Assembly (NCBI GenBank): GCA_963736115.1 | Contig: CAVTNR010000014.1 | Span: 192,001-256,000 of the forward strand | Direction: 5' to 3' | Length of the DNA: 64,000 nucleotides | From: an uncultured bacterium | GTDB lineage: Bacteria > Zhuqueibacterota > QNDG01 > DTFT01 | Shown here: positions 50,191-59,280 of the stretch, one piece after another | How positions within the stretch are numbered: position 1 is the first letter of the stretch | How the letters are laid out: each line of letters starts with the position of its first letter | Position numbers and translations under genes: made by a program | Notes under the pieces: generated by a model | Seen by the model: only the letters and a program-made list of their open reading frames with translations | Database searches by the model: none | What the model was told of the DNA's origin: nothing

Positions 50191-51618
50191 CTAGAAGAAA
50201 ATCCAGGAGGTGAGGATGAATACCGGGATCAACACAACCAGGGAATAGCCCATGTATCCGAAGAAACTCGGCATGCGGACGCCGCTTTCCTCGGCGATGG
50301 AGCGCACCATGAAATTCGGCGCGTTTCCGATATAGGTGTTGGCGCCCATGAATACGGCGCCGATGGAGATGGCTTTCAGGTATTCGGCATTCTCTGAAAT
50401 GAGCCGGCCGACTGCCAGAGGCTCCGGCATTCCGGGCGCAAAACGGCCGATGGCCGTATTGAAAAAGGTCAGGTATGTCGGGGCATTGTCGAGAAAGCTG
50501 GACAGGAGGCCGGAGGCCCAGAAATAGTGCGCGGGTGTACGCACGGCCCGGATCAGGCCGGCCAGGGCTCCCTGTTCCCCGGCTTTCAGAATGGCCACGG
50601 CCGGTATGATCGTGACAAAAATGCCCGCGAAAAGGATAGCCACTTCACGGATGGGGCCCCAGGTGAATTCATTCCGGGTGCGGATGTCCCGTGATGTGGT
50701 CATCCAGGACAGAAAGACAATCAGGAGCAGAAGGCCGTCGCGGATCAGATTCTGAAGGGGGATGTGCACGCCGGCAACATTCACTTCCGCGAGATGCCAG
50801 AAACCGCTGACCAGAACCGCGGCGACGATGCCTGCCAGGTAGATGAAATTGTGGCCGCCGGAAAGCCTGAGGCCGGCCGGGCGGCCCTGGTCCGGCGGCA
50901 CGGTGTCCGTTGGGAGATCCTTTTTCTCTCTCCGCCACAGCCGGGTGTCCCAGAGAAAGAAAACTGACAGCAAGATCACGGTTACAAAAGCCATTTCAGG
51001 AAAGAGTCCAAGGGTCCAGAAAAACGGGACGGAATGCAGAAAACCGAGAAACAGGGGCGGATCTCCCAGCGGCGTGAGAGCGCCTCCGATGTTGCTGACC
51101 AGAAAAATGAAGAAAACCACGATGTGGGCTTTCGATTTCCGGTTCGCATTGGCCCTCAGAACGGGACGGATCAACAGCATGGACGCGCCCGTGGTGCCGG
51201 TCCAGGAAGCGATGGCGGTTCCGGCCAGGAGGAGAATCGAATTGAGCAGGGGCGTGCCCGTCAGATTGCCTTCCAGACAGATACCCCCGGATACAGTGAA
51301 AAGTGCCCAGAGCAGTATGATAAAAGGAAGAAAATCGACCAGAATGACATGTTTTAATTCGATCCAGGCAGAGGAACCGAAGGCGGCGAGCATGGGAATA
51401 GTCAGACAGGCAGCCCAGAAGAGTGAAATTTTCGGGAAATGATGGTGCCAGAACCGGGGTTTAAAAAGGGGCAGTAAAGCAATTGAAAGCAGGATCCCGA
51501 CGAATGGAATAATGCTCCAGACCGGCAAAGAGGAACCGAGAGAAGCATTTACGGGTTCGGATGAAAACAATGGCGATGTTAACGTAAACAACGAAAAAAC
51601 AACAGATTTACGTTTCAT
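50191..51618 (-). CDS. Putative Na+/H+ antiporter (ion-transporter superfamily)
   Basis: SNIGGALTPLGDPPLFLGF, SSFLDNAPTY, GANTYIGNAPN; many TM helices. Confidence 0.85.
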   Translation of the reverse strand: MKRKSVVFSLFTLTSPLFSSEPVNASLGSSLPVWSIIPFVGILLSIALLPLFKPRFWHHHFPKISLFWAACLTIPMLAAFGSSAWIELKHVILVDFLPFIILLWALFTVSGGICLEGNLTGTPLLNSILLLAGTAIASWTGTTGASMLLIRPVLRANANRKSKAHIVVFFIFLVSNIGGALTPLGDPPLFLGFLHSVPFFWTLGLFPEMAFVTVILLSVFFLWDTRLWRREKKDLPTDTVPPDQGRPAGLRLSGGHNFIYLAGIVAAVLVSGFWHLAEVNVAGVHIPLQNLIRDGLLLLIVFLSWMTTSRDIRTRNEFTWGPIREVAILFAGIFVTIIPAVAILKAGEQGALAGLIRAVRTPAHYFWASGLLSSFLDNAPTYLTFFNTAIGRFAPGMPEPLAVGRLISENAEYLKAISIGAVFMGANTYIGNAPNFMVRSIAEESGVRMPSFFGYMGYSLVVLIPVFILTSWIFF

Positions 51619-51804
51619 TTGGGTCCTTGATTTTATTGATATGCATTTTAATAAAATTGCAGGGTGAAATCAATCAAAAATTATTGTCAATAGATTCAGA
51701 ACGGTTTATAGAATTTTTTAAAATTTTGATATTTTACAATAAAGGCATGGAATTTGCTAGGATTGTGTCTAAATGTTCATACTCTCGGAAAAGGAACATT
51801 TCTC

Positions 51805-51833
51805 TTGACATTGATTTAATAAATATATAGATT
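51805..51833 (+). promoter_or_regulatory. Sigma70 promoter in an AT-rich divergent region
   Basis: TTGACA-17-TAGATT. Confidence 0.6.
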
Positions 51834-51915
51834 AAACCATAATTCAGGAAATCTCCTGTTTTATTTTATGTATTATAGACGTATTCCGAAACGAAACCAT
51901 TGGGAGGTAAGTCCC

Positions 51916-53067
51916 ATGAAAAAACTGTTAATGGTTCTGTTCGTACTGTTGTTCGCGGTGAGCAGTTACTCGGCCGTGAACATGCGGCTGGTTAAGACGT
52001 TTCATTCTGATGATGGAACGAATGGAGTCATCCGGGTGGCGGTTCAGGCTTATGCGTCATTCGGTTATAATATCTACCTGTTCTCAGGTCAGTTCTATGT
52101 CGGGGACGACCTTCGGGATCTCACTCCGACTGTGATTCAGAATGACCCGGATTATTTTCCGGATGGTGATTATTTGAAGAACAGCGGTTACGATGACGGC
52201 ATCTGCTATTTTGAATTCATTTCCGCCTATGATGACGGCACGTTCCTGAAGAAAATTTCCAAATCCACCTGGGAAACGATTTATACCTATGAATATCAGT
52301 ATTCATGCACTCCGGGTTTCAGGACCACATTCGAATGGTCCTCTGACGGCTCCTTCCCTCTCTGGGAAGTCGATGCATGGAATTCCGTGCTCGGCGAACC
52401 CTACATCCAGACCGGAACCCGCGCATCCATCCCCGCGGATCTGACCGATGTCTCCCTTCCCGTCCAGATGCAGCGTTTCATCGGCGAGTACGCTTACGAT
52501 GCGGGCGTGAAACTCAACTGGACCACGCAGAGCGAAGTGAATTCCGCCGGATTCCACATCCTGCGCAGTGAAAATCCGGACGCCGAAATCGGCTCCTGGA
52601 AGCGTGTTTCAGGCGCCATGATCCCCGGACAGGGCAACAGCTCTTCCGCCATGGAGTATGCCTTCAGCGATCCCAATGTGGGATGGGACAAGACCTATTA
52701 CTACCAGATCCATGAAATTTCCACGGTGTTCGGCGACACCAGCAAGTCCTACTACGGCCCGCTGGCTGTCACCACCAAAGCGGCGCCTCAGGGCTTCCGC
52801 CTGTCGCAGAACTATCCGAACCCCTTCAACCCAACGACTCAGTTCGATTACGAAATCCGTGACGCGGCCCAGGTGAAGATCACGGTCTTCAACCTGCTGG
52901 GCAAGGAAGTCGCCACTCTGGTGAACGGCCACAGGCCCGCCGGCATCTACACGGTTTCGTGGGACGGCAGCGATGCGGCCGGGCGGCAGACGGCATCCGG
53001 CATCTATTTCTACCGCATCCAGGCGGGGGACCGGACCGACATCCGCAAGATGACGAAGATGAAATAA
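51916..53067 (+). CDS. Secreted protein with FlgD-Ig/T9SS-type CTD and unknown N-terminal domain
   Basis: RBS ggagg; signal peptide; LPVQ..LNWTTQSEVNSAGF; QNYPNPFNP..RKMTKMK. Confidence 0.85.
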   Translation: MKKLLMVLFVLLFAVSSYSAVNMRLVKTFHSDDGTNGVIRVAVQAYASFGYNIYLFSGQFYVGDDLRDLTPTVIQNDPDYFPDGDYLKNSGYDDGICYFEFISAYDDGTFLKKISKSTWETIYTYEYQYSCTPGFRTTFEWSSDGSFPLWEVDAWNSVLGEPYIQTGTRASIPADLTDVSLPVQMQRFIGEYAYDAGVKLNWTTQSEVNSAGFHILRSENPDAEIGSWKRVSGAMIPGQGNSSSAMEYAFSDPNVGWDKTYYYQIHEISTVFGDTSKSYYGPLAVTTKAAPQGFRLSQNYPNPFNPTTQFDYEIRDAAQVKITVFNLLGKEVATLVNGHRPAGIYTVSWDGSDAAGRQTASGIYFYRIQAGDRTDIRKMTKMK

Positions 53068-53087
53068 GCCTCATCCAAAGGCAGTTC

Positions 53088-53119
53088 AAAGGCCGGTTCA
53101 AACGAACCGGCCTTTTTTT
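53088..53119 (+). terminator. Intrinsic terminator
   Basis: AAAGGCCGGTTC-aaac-GAACCGGCCTTT followed by T4. Confidence 0.85.
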
Positions 53120-53139
53120 ATCCAAACTCCAGAAAACGC

Positions 53140-53189
53140 TTGACGAAGCGCTTTTTTTTCCCTATTTTGCTACTATGAATAGAAACAAA
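53140..53189 (+). promoter_or_regulatory. trpR promoter with candidate operator palindrome
   Basis: TTGACG-17-TATTTT; imperfect palindrome TTTGCTACTATG|AATAGAAACAAA (53166-89). Confidence 0.5.
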
Positions 53190-53204
53190 CGGGAAAGAGG
53201 GGGC

Positions 53205-53486
53205 ATGGAGGACCGCGAGCTGATCGAAGTGTTCGCGGCCATCCGCGATCCGGCGACCATGCGCCGGTTTTTCCGGGAAATCTTCACCCGGTCGGAAATC
53301 GCGGATCTCTCCCTGCGCTGGAAGCTCATGAAGATGCTGAAATCCGGCATGCCCCAGAGGCGGATCGCGCAGGAACTGGGCGTCAGCCTGTGCAAGATTA
53401 CCCGGGGCGCGCGGCTCATCAAGGATGCGTCCACCGTCACCAACCGCTACATCGGAAAACCGAAGTCCAGGAGGAAACATGCGTGA
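53205..53486 (+). CDS. trpR: Trp repressor family protein (alternative start 53175)
   Basis: [29 protein letters not shown]. Confidence 0.85.
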   Translation: MEDRELIEVFAAIRDPATMRRFFREIFTRSEIADLSLRWKLMKMLKSGMPQRRIAQELGVSLCKITRGARLIKDASTVTNRYIGKPKSRRKHA

Positions 53487-54843
53487 TGAGAAGAAGATAT
53501 TCCTGACCGAGAAGGAGATGCCCGGTCAGTGGTACAACATACAGGCGGATCTGCCGAAACCGCTTCCGCCGGCCCTTCATCCCGGAACCGGCAAGCCGAT
53601 CGGGCCGGACGATCTCGCTCCGATATTCCCCATGGGGCTCATTCAGCAGGAAGTCAGCCAGGAGCGGTTCATCGACATACCGGAGGAAATACAGGACATT
53701 TACCGGATCTGGAGACCCTCGCCCCTGGTCCGGGCCCGGAACTGGGAAAAAGCCCTCGATACGCCCGCGAAAATCTATTATAAATGGGAAGGCACCAGCC
53801 CGGCGGGCAGTCACAAGGTCAACACCTCGGTTCCCCAGGCCTATTACAACATGAAGGAGGGCGTGAAGCGCATCGCCACGGAAACCGGGGCCGGCCAGTG
53901 GGGCAGCGCCCTGGCTTTTGCCTGCAACCTGTTCGGGATCGAGTGCAAGGTGTACATGGTCAAGATCAGCTTCAACCAGAAACCCTACCGCCGTCTGCTC
54001 ATGGAAACCTGGGGCGCTAAATGCATACCGAGCCCGAGCACGGAAACGGAATCGGGACGGAAAATCCTCGCGGAATATCCGGATTCCCCCGGCTCCCTCG
54101 GCATCGCCATCAGTGAAGCCGTCGAGGACGCGGCCAAACGCGATGACACGAAATACTCCCTGGGGTCGGTTCTGAACCACGTCATGCTGCACCAGACGAT
54201 TATCGGGCTCGAGGTCAAGAAACAGTTTGAAAAAATAGGGGAGTATCCGGACATCCTGATCGGATGCGTGGGAGGCGGATCCAATTTCGCCGGTTTCAGC
54301 ATCCCCTTCGTGCGCGATAAGATCGTGGACAAGAAAAAGACGCGCATCATCGCCGTCGAACCGCTTGCCTGTCCGTCCCTGACCAAGGGCCTGTACCGGT
54401 ACGATTTCGGCGACTCCGCGGGAATGACCCCGCTTCTTCGCATGTTCACGCTGGGCCACAATTTCATGCCGGCCCCGATTCACGCGGGCGGGCTCCGGTA
54501 TCACGGAATGGCGCCGATCGTCAGCCACCTGTACGATCTCAAGCTCATCGAGGCGGTGGCCGTGCATCAGCGGCCGGTATTCGAAGCCCTGATCAGCTTC
54601 GCCCGCACCGAAGGCCATGTGCTGGCGCCCGAAACCGGCCATGCCGTCCGTACCGCGATGGATGAAGCGCTGAAATGCAAACAATCCGGAGAGAAGAAGG
54701 TGATTGTTTTCAACGCCAGCGGACACGGGCACTTCGATATGGGATCCTACGAGCGCTACCTCAGCAACAATCTCGAGGATTATGAGTACCCGGACGAACT
54801 GGTCAAAGAGGCGCAGAAGAGCCTTCCTGTTGTGGCGGAATAA
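53479..54843 (+). CDS. trpB2: Tryptophan synthase beta chain, TrpB2 type
   Basis: [47 protein letters not shown]. Confidence 0.93.
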   Translation: MRDEKKIFLTEKEMPGQWYNIQADLPKPLPPALHPGTGKPIGPDDLAPIFPMGLIQQEVSQERFIDIPEEIQDIYRIWRPSPLVRARNWEKALDTPAKIYYKWEGTSPAGSHKVNTSVPQAYYNMKEGVKRIATETGAGQWGSALAFACNLFGIECKVYMVKISFNQKPYRRLLMETWGAKCIPSPSTETESGRKILAEYPDSPGSLGIAISEAVEDAAKRDDTKYSLGSVLNHVMLHQTIIGLEVKKQFEKIGEYPDILIGCVGGGSNFAGFSIPFVRDKIVDKKKTRIIAVEPLACPSLTKGLYRYDFGDSAGMTPLLRMFTLGHNFMPAPIHAGGLRYHGMAPIVSHLYDLKLIEAVAVHQRPVFEALISFARTEGHVLAPETGHAVRTAMDEALKCKQSGEKKVIVFNASGHGHFDMGSYERYLSNNLEDYEYPDELVKEAQKSLPVVAE

Positions 54844-54866
54844 GCAATCTCGGAAATAGAATCATT

Positions 54867-54898
54867 AAAAAGCCCCTTCGCGATGAAGGGGCTTTTTT
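54867..54898 (+). terminator. Intrinsic (possibly bidirectional) terminator
   Basis: AAAAAGCCCCTTC-gcgat-GAAGGGGCTTTTTT. Confidence 0.88.
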
Positions 54899-55024
54899 CT
54901 ATTTCAGACTGTCGTCGACGGCGGAACAGGCCGGCTGAACAACTCCGGCGGCCGGTTCGGCGACAGCCGGGATGGAACAGTTGAAGGCTGTTGGTTTTTT
55001 CGAAAAACCGCCCTAACTTACCGT

Positions 55025-55885
55025 ATGATTCTCAAACCATCGATTCCCGAACGATCCGCATGGTCCGAAATTCAGCCGCTCAAGGTGATATCCGCGAGCC
55101 GCAGAACGGAAATGCCGGGATTTTTTTCGGACCGGCTGGTCCGCATGCTTGAATCCCGCTGTCCTTCGGAACGCGTGCAGTCCGTGGTACTGTGGTCCAA
55201 GCGGCCGGGGCCCATTCTGGAAAACCGCGATCTGGCCCGATGCCTCGGACGGTATGGACAGATTTTTCTGCACCTCACCATCACAGGCATGGGCGGCAGT
55301 TTCCTGGAGCCCGGTATTCCGCGGGCGGACGACGTGCTCCGCATGTTACCGGAACTGGCCGGCCGGCTCGGAACGGCCCGCAGACTGACGATCCGTTTCG
55401 ATCCGATCGTTCATCTGCGTCTTCCGGGCGGTGAACGGTACAGCAATATCCGTCATTTTCAGAGGGTGGCAGAGACAGCCGCGGCATGCGGAATTGAAAG
55501 GATGGCGGTCAGCTGGATGCAGTCGTACGCGAAAGTCATTTCCAGGCTGGAACGACTCGGCATCCGGCCGGAGGAGCCGTCCGACGCGGAAAAGGAAGCG
55601 GAAACAGGACGCCTGTCCGAAACCGCGGGCGGACTGGGCCTGACACTGAACGGCTGCTGCGTACCCTGGCTTCCGGTTTCGGCCTGCATCGACGGCGGGC
55701 TCCTGTCCGATCTGCATCCGACGCGGAAACCGGCTTCAATAAAAAAAGCAGCCGGGCAGCGGCCGGCCTGCGGTTGTACGGAAAGCTGGGACATCGGGTG
55801 GTATTCTCCATGCCCGGGCGGATGCCTGTACTGCTATGCCAGGCCTGAGACCGCGCTCCGCCTGATCGGACCTCCTCCCGAATGA
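55025..55885 (+). CDS. DUF1848 family protein
   Basis: ISASRRT, WSK, LEPG, RFDP, CGC..S.DIG.Y..CPGGCLYCYA. Confidence 0.85.
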   Translation: MILKPSIPERSAWSEIQPLKVISASRRTEMPGFFSDRLVRMLESRCPSERVQSVVLWSKRPGPILENRDLARCLGRYGQIFLHLTITGMGGSFLEPGIPRADDVLRMLPELAGRLGTARRLTIRFDPIVHLRLPGGERYSNIRHFQRVAETAAACGIERMAVSWMQSYAKVISRLERLGIRPEEPSDAEKEAETGRLSETAGGLGLTLNGCCVPWLPVSACIDGGLLSDLHPTRKPASIKKAAGQRPACGCTESWDIGWYSPCPGGCLYCYARPETALRLIGPPPE

Positions 55886-55993
55886 CTGCGGCGATGCGCC
55901 TGCCCCGGGTCGCGTAGTGGGATCGGCGTTCATCGCCGCGATCCGTAAAGAATGCCGGGAACCGGCCCGGGAGTCCGGATCCGGTCCCCTGAA

Positions 55994-57640
55994 CTAGTAA
56001 ATCCCCTTCATCGCGATGGGCATGCGCCGGCCCGATCCGAAGGCCTTGGGGAAGAGTTTGAGGCCGGGCGCGGCTTGCCGCCTTTTGAATTCACTTGCCG
56101 TAATCGCGGTCATGACCCACCGGACCGTCTCCGGAGCAAAGCCTTTTAAAATTATTTCGGATCCGGACAGGCCTTCCTCCAGGACATGATGCAGAATCGC
56201 ATCCAGGGTCTCGTACGGCGGAAGCGTGTCCTGATCCTTCTGGCCGGGCCGGAGCTCGGCGGACGGAGGCCTTGTGAAGCAACGGCGCGGGATGATCTCC
56301 CGCTTTCGGTTCACATATTCCGCGAGACGGTACACCCGGGTTTTGGGGACATCCGCGATGACGGAAAGCCCGCCGCTCATGTCTCCGTATAATGTGCAGT
56401 ATCCGACGGACAATTCGCTCTTGTTGCCCGTGGACAAGGTGAGGTGTCCGAACTTGTTGGAGAAAGCCATGAGCAGATTTCCGCGTATCCGCGCCTGGAT
56501 GTTCTCCTCGGCCGGACCGGACGTCGTGCCGTGGAACGGTTCCGAAAGGGCGTCCTGATACGCGCGGACCAGGCCGGAGATCGGAATCACCCGGTATTCC
56601 ACGCCGAGGCCGGTTGCGAGCAGTCGCGCGTCCTCCTCGCTGTCCGGAGAGGAATAATCAGACGGCATGGCGACGCCGAGCATATTCTCCGGTCCGAGCG
56701 CCTCGGCGGCCAGACTGCACACCAGCGCCGAGTCAATGCCGCCAGACAGGCCGAGAACCGCTTTCCGGAAGCCGCATTTGTTGAGGTAATCGCGGATGCC
56801 GAGAATCAGGGCGTCGTGCATGGAGGAGACGGAATCCGGGGGGACGAAATCGCCGCAGCGGCCGGCTGTCGTCGAATCCACCACGGCCAGGTCCTCTGAA
56901 AAACCGGCCAGCTCGGCCATGAGTCTCCCGTCCGGGGAAAGGGCCAGGCTGCGGCCGTCGAAGATCAGTTCGTCGTTGCCGCCGACCTGGTTGACCAGAA
57001 AGAAGGGAAGCCGGTGCCGCATCGCATGTCCCCGTGCCAGTTCCCATCGCGCGGTTTCCTTGCCGATGTAGAAAGGGGACGCCGACAGGTTGATGAGTAT
57101 GGTGGCGCCCTTTCCGGCCAGCCGCCGGACCGGGTCCAGCGGGTACGTCCGGCCGCCGGGCAGGGCCGTTTCGCACCAGGCATCCTCGCATATCGTGATG
57201 CCGAGCGTTTCCCCGTCCATGCGGAAGACATCGGTGTCCGCGGCCGGTTCGAAATAACGGCTTTCGTCGAAAACATCGTATGTGGGGAGGAGTGTTTTAT
57301 CCTGCCGGAATTGGACGCCGCCGTTGCGGATCAGGAAGGCGGAATTGGTAAGGGGCTTTCCCGTCTTTTTCAGGGAACGGCCGACGGATCCGATCAGCAG
57401 ACCGGTATCCGGAAAATTCCTGGACAGAACACAGCAGGCGGCCAGCGCTTTTTCCGAAGCTTCGAGAAAAGCGCCCCGTTCCAGCAGATCCCTCGGCGGA
57501 TAACCGGTCAGGCACAATTCCGAGAAAACAACCAGCTGCGCGCCGGCCGCGGCCGCGCGTTCGGCCGCATCCCGGATCCGTGCCAGGTTGCCCTCCATGT
57601 CCCCGACCGTCGGATTCAATTGGGCCAGGCCGATATTCAC
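55994..57640 (-). CDS. nadE: Glutamine-dependent NAD+ synthetase
   Basis: Nitrilase domain (ELCLTGYPP, ICED) plus LSGGIDS, ENIQAR, GNKSE. Confidence 0.95.
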   Translation of the reverse strand: MNIGLAQLNPTVGDMEGNLARIRDAAERAAAAGAQLVVFSELCLTGYPPRDLLERGAFLEASEKALAACCVLSRNFPDTGLLIGSVGRSLKKTGKPLTNSAFLIRNGGVQFRQDKTLLPTYDVFDESRYFEPAADTDVFRMDGETLGITICEDAWCETALPGGRTYPLDPVRRLAGKGATILINLSASPFYIGKETARWELARGHAMRHRLPFFLVNQVGGNDELIFDGRSLALSPDGRLMAELAGFSEDLAVVDSTTAGRCGDFVPPDSVSSMHDALILGIRDYLNKCGFRKAVLGLSGGIDSALVCSLAAEALGPENMLGVAMPSDYSSPDSEEDARLLATGLGVEYRVIPISGLVRAYQDALSEPFHGTTSGPAEENIQARIRGNLLMAFSNKFGHLTLSTGNKSELSVGYCTLYGDMSGGLSVIADVPKTRVYRLAEYVNRKREIIPRRCFTRPPSAELRPGQKDQDTLPPYETLDAILHHVLEEGLSGSEIILKGFAPETVRWVMTAITASEFKRRQAAPGLKLFPKAFGSGRRMPIAMKGIY

Positions 57641-57668
57641 GTCTGTCCGCTCCGGACTGCCTGCAGGC

Positions 57669-58433
57669 TCATGACTGCTTCACCTCATTCCAGACCGCGT
57701 CCATTTCCTCGAGCGTGCGGCTTTCCAATGAAAGCCCCTTCTCCCGGAAAACGGCCTCCATCCGTCTGAACCGGTCCATGAATTTGTCCACAGCAGCGGA
57801 CAGGCATTCTTCGGGGTGGAGGCGCAGGAAACGGGACAGGTTGACCATGGAAAAGAGAAAGTCACCGAATTCCTCATGGATGCGGTCCGGACGGCCCGAC
57901 TCCATTTCCGCCTCGAGCTCGGCCAATTCCTCCCGGACCTTGCCGAGGACGGGTTCCGGGGATTTCCAGTCAAATCCGACTGTCGCGGCTTTCTGCTGGA
58001 CCCGGTAGGCGCGGAGCAGGGCAGGCGCGGTCCTGGGCACGCCGTCCAGCACGGAGAATTTGCCTTCCTGTTTCTTGATCTTCTCCCAATGACGGGTCTG
58101 CTCCTCAGCGGTCCGGATGTCCGCCTCAGCGAACACATGCGGGTGGCGCCGGACGAGTTTCTCGTTGATGCCCCGGATCACGTCGGTCATTGTGAATCCG
58201 CCTTTTTCCTCCGCGAGGCGGGAGTGAAAAACGATTTGCAGGAGAAGATCGCCGAGTTCTTCGGCCAGGCCTTCGCCGTCCGGCCGGTCGATGGAATCGA
58301 GCACCTCGTAAGCCTCTTCCAGCAGGTACGGTTTCATGGACGCATGGGTCTGTTCTCGGTCCCAGGGGCATCCTTCAGGGCCGCGGAGGATGGATACGAT
58401 TTCAACCAGTCTTTCGAATTCCTTTTGAGCCAA
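57669..58433 (-). CDS. mazG: Nucleoside triphosphate pyrophosphohydrolase MazG
   Basis: GCPWDREQT, EEAYE, EELGDLL, RRHPHVF, second EEFGD. Confidence 0.95.
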   Translation of the reverse strand: MAQKEFERLVEIVSILRGPEGCPWDREQTHASMKPYLLEEAYEVLDSIDRPDGEGLAEELGDLLLQIVFHSRLAEEKGGFTMTDVIRGINEKLVRRHPHVFAEADIRTAEEQTRHWEKIKKQEGKFSVLDGVPRTAPALLRAYRVQQKAATVGFDWKSPEPVLGKVREELAELEAEMESGRPDRIHEEFGDFLFSMVNLSRFLRLHPEECLSAAVDKFMDRFRRMEAVFREKGLSLESRTLEEMDAVWNEVKQS

Positions 58434-58606
58434 GCGGATCTCCGAAAAATGAAGAGAGCGTGAAGGGGCCGGTTTCAGGCGGAATATAACCCAACCGGAG
58501 GAGAGCGCGGCATGCTTGAGACTGTTCGCTCCAGCCTGATGTCAATTTCGCTAAAATCGCACCGGATTGCAAGCGGATTTTGACCTTGTTCTATGCGGAA
58601 TGCGGC

Positions 58607-58635
58607 TTGATTCTTTGCAAGGACTTGTTTATATT
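58607..58635 (+). promoter_or_regulatory. Promoter predicting a leaderless transcript
   Basis: TTGATT-17-TATATT ending 7 nt before ATG 58642; no SD sequence. Confidence 0.55.
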
Positions 58636-58641
58636 GGGTTG

Positions 58642-59280
58642 ATGAAAAGGCGGAAGCAAGACAGCCCGGTGCGCCAGTGCATGGCCTGCAGGAAACACGA
58701 TTCGAAGCCGAACCTGCTCCGCATCGTACGCAGACCGTCCGGAGTGATTGAGTTTGACCCGGAACAGAGCCAGGACGGCCGCGGAGCGTATGTATGCGCT
58801 GAAGCGCGGTGCCTCTCCGGATCGCGCGAAGCCGGCCTGATCGGCCGGCACCTCAAGCGGCCGGATGCGGCCGCCGTGTATCTGGCGGCGGCGGAGCATC
58901 TAAAAAAGCGCAGGCCCGTATCCGCGGAAAGCCTCATCGGGTTCGCGGTCCGTTCCGGCAGTTGTTCCTTCGGTGTCGAAGCCGTGGAAATCGAAGCCGC
59001 GCGAAACAAGATCCGTCTGTTAGTGCTGTGCCCGCACGCGGGTTCAGACACGCGCCATAAAATGCAATCACTCGCTGAGCGCGGCTCCGTTCCGCTGATC
59101 TTTTTCAACGGGAAACGGACGCTCGGCGATTCTGTCGGAAAGCCCAATTGCCGGATTCTCGGCGTCCGCGATTCCGGATTCGCGAAGGCCATTCTGGCGG
59201 CCGCTTCCGCTCCTGTTCCGGGTAAAAAACCGATCCAGGACCCGGTCCGGGAGCGCGATGAAAGGTCCGATGAACGGTAA
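58642..59280 (+). CDS. YlxR(DUF448)–YlxQ/L7Ae fusion protein
   Basis: PVRQCMAC..LLRIV..GRGAYVC followed by LIGFAVRSG..FGVEAV..LGDSVGK. Confidence 0.75.
   Translation: MKRRKQDSPVRQCMACRKHDSKPNLLRIVRRPSGVIEFDPEQSQDGRGAYVCAEARCLSGSREAGLIGRHLKRPDAAAVYLAAAEHLKKRRPVSAESLIGFAVRSGSCSFGVEAVEIEAARNKIRLLVLCPHAGSDTRHKMQSLAERGSVPLIFFNGKRTLGDSVGKPNCRILGVRDSGFAKAILAAASAPVPGKKPIQDPVRERDERSDER

Noticed and set aside
57669-58433. MazG (and the NYN gene at 18771) as anti-phage or toxin-antitoxin genes
   Set aside because: Both are in housekeeping operons with no mazEF or defence neighbours.
58469-58539. HDV-like ribozyme
   Set aside because: The plus-strand stem order is similar, but the L3 (UCCxCG) and J4/2 (CNRA) consensus nucleotides are absent.
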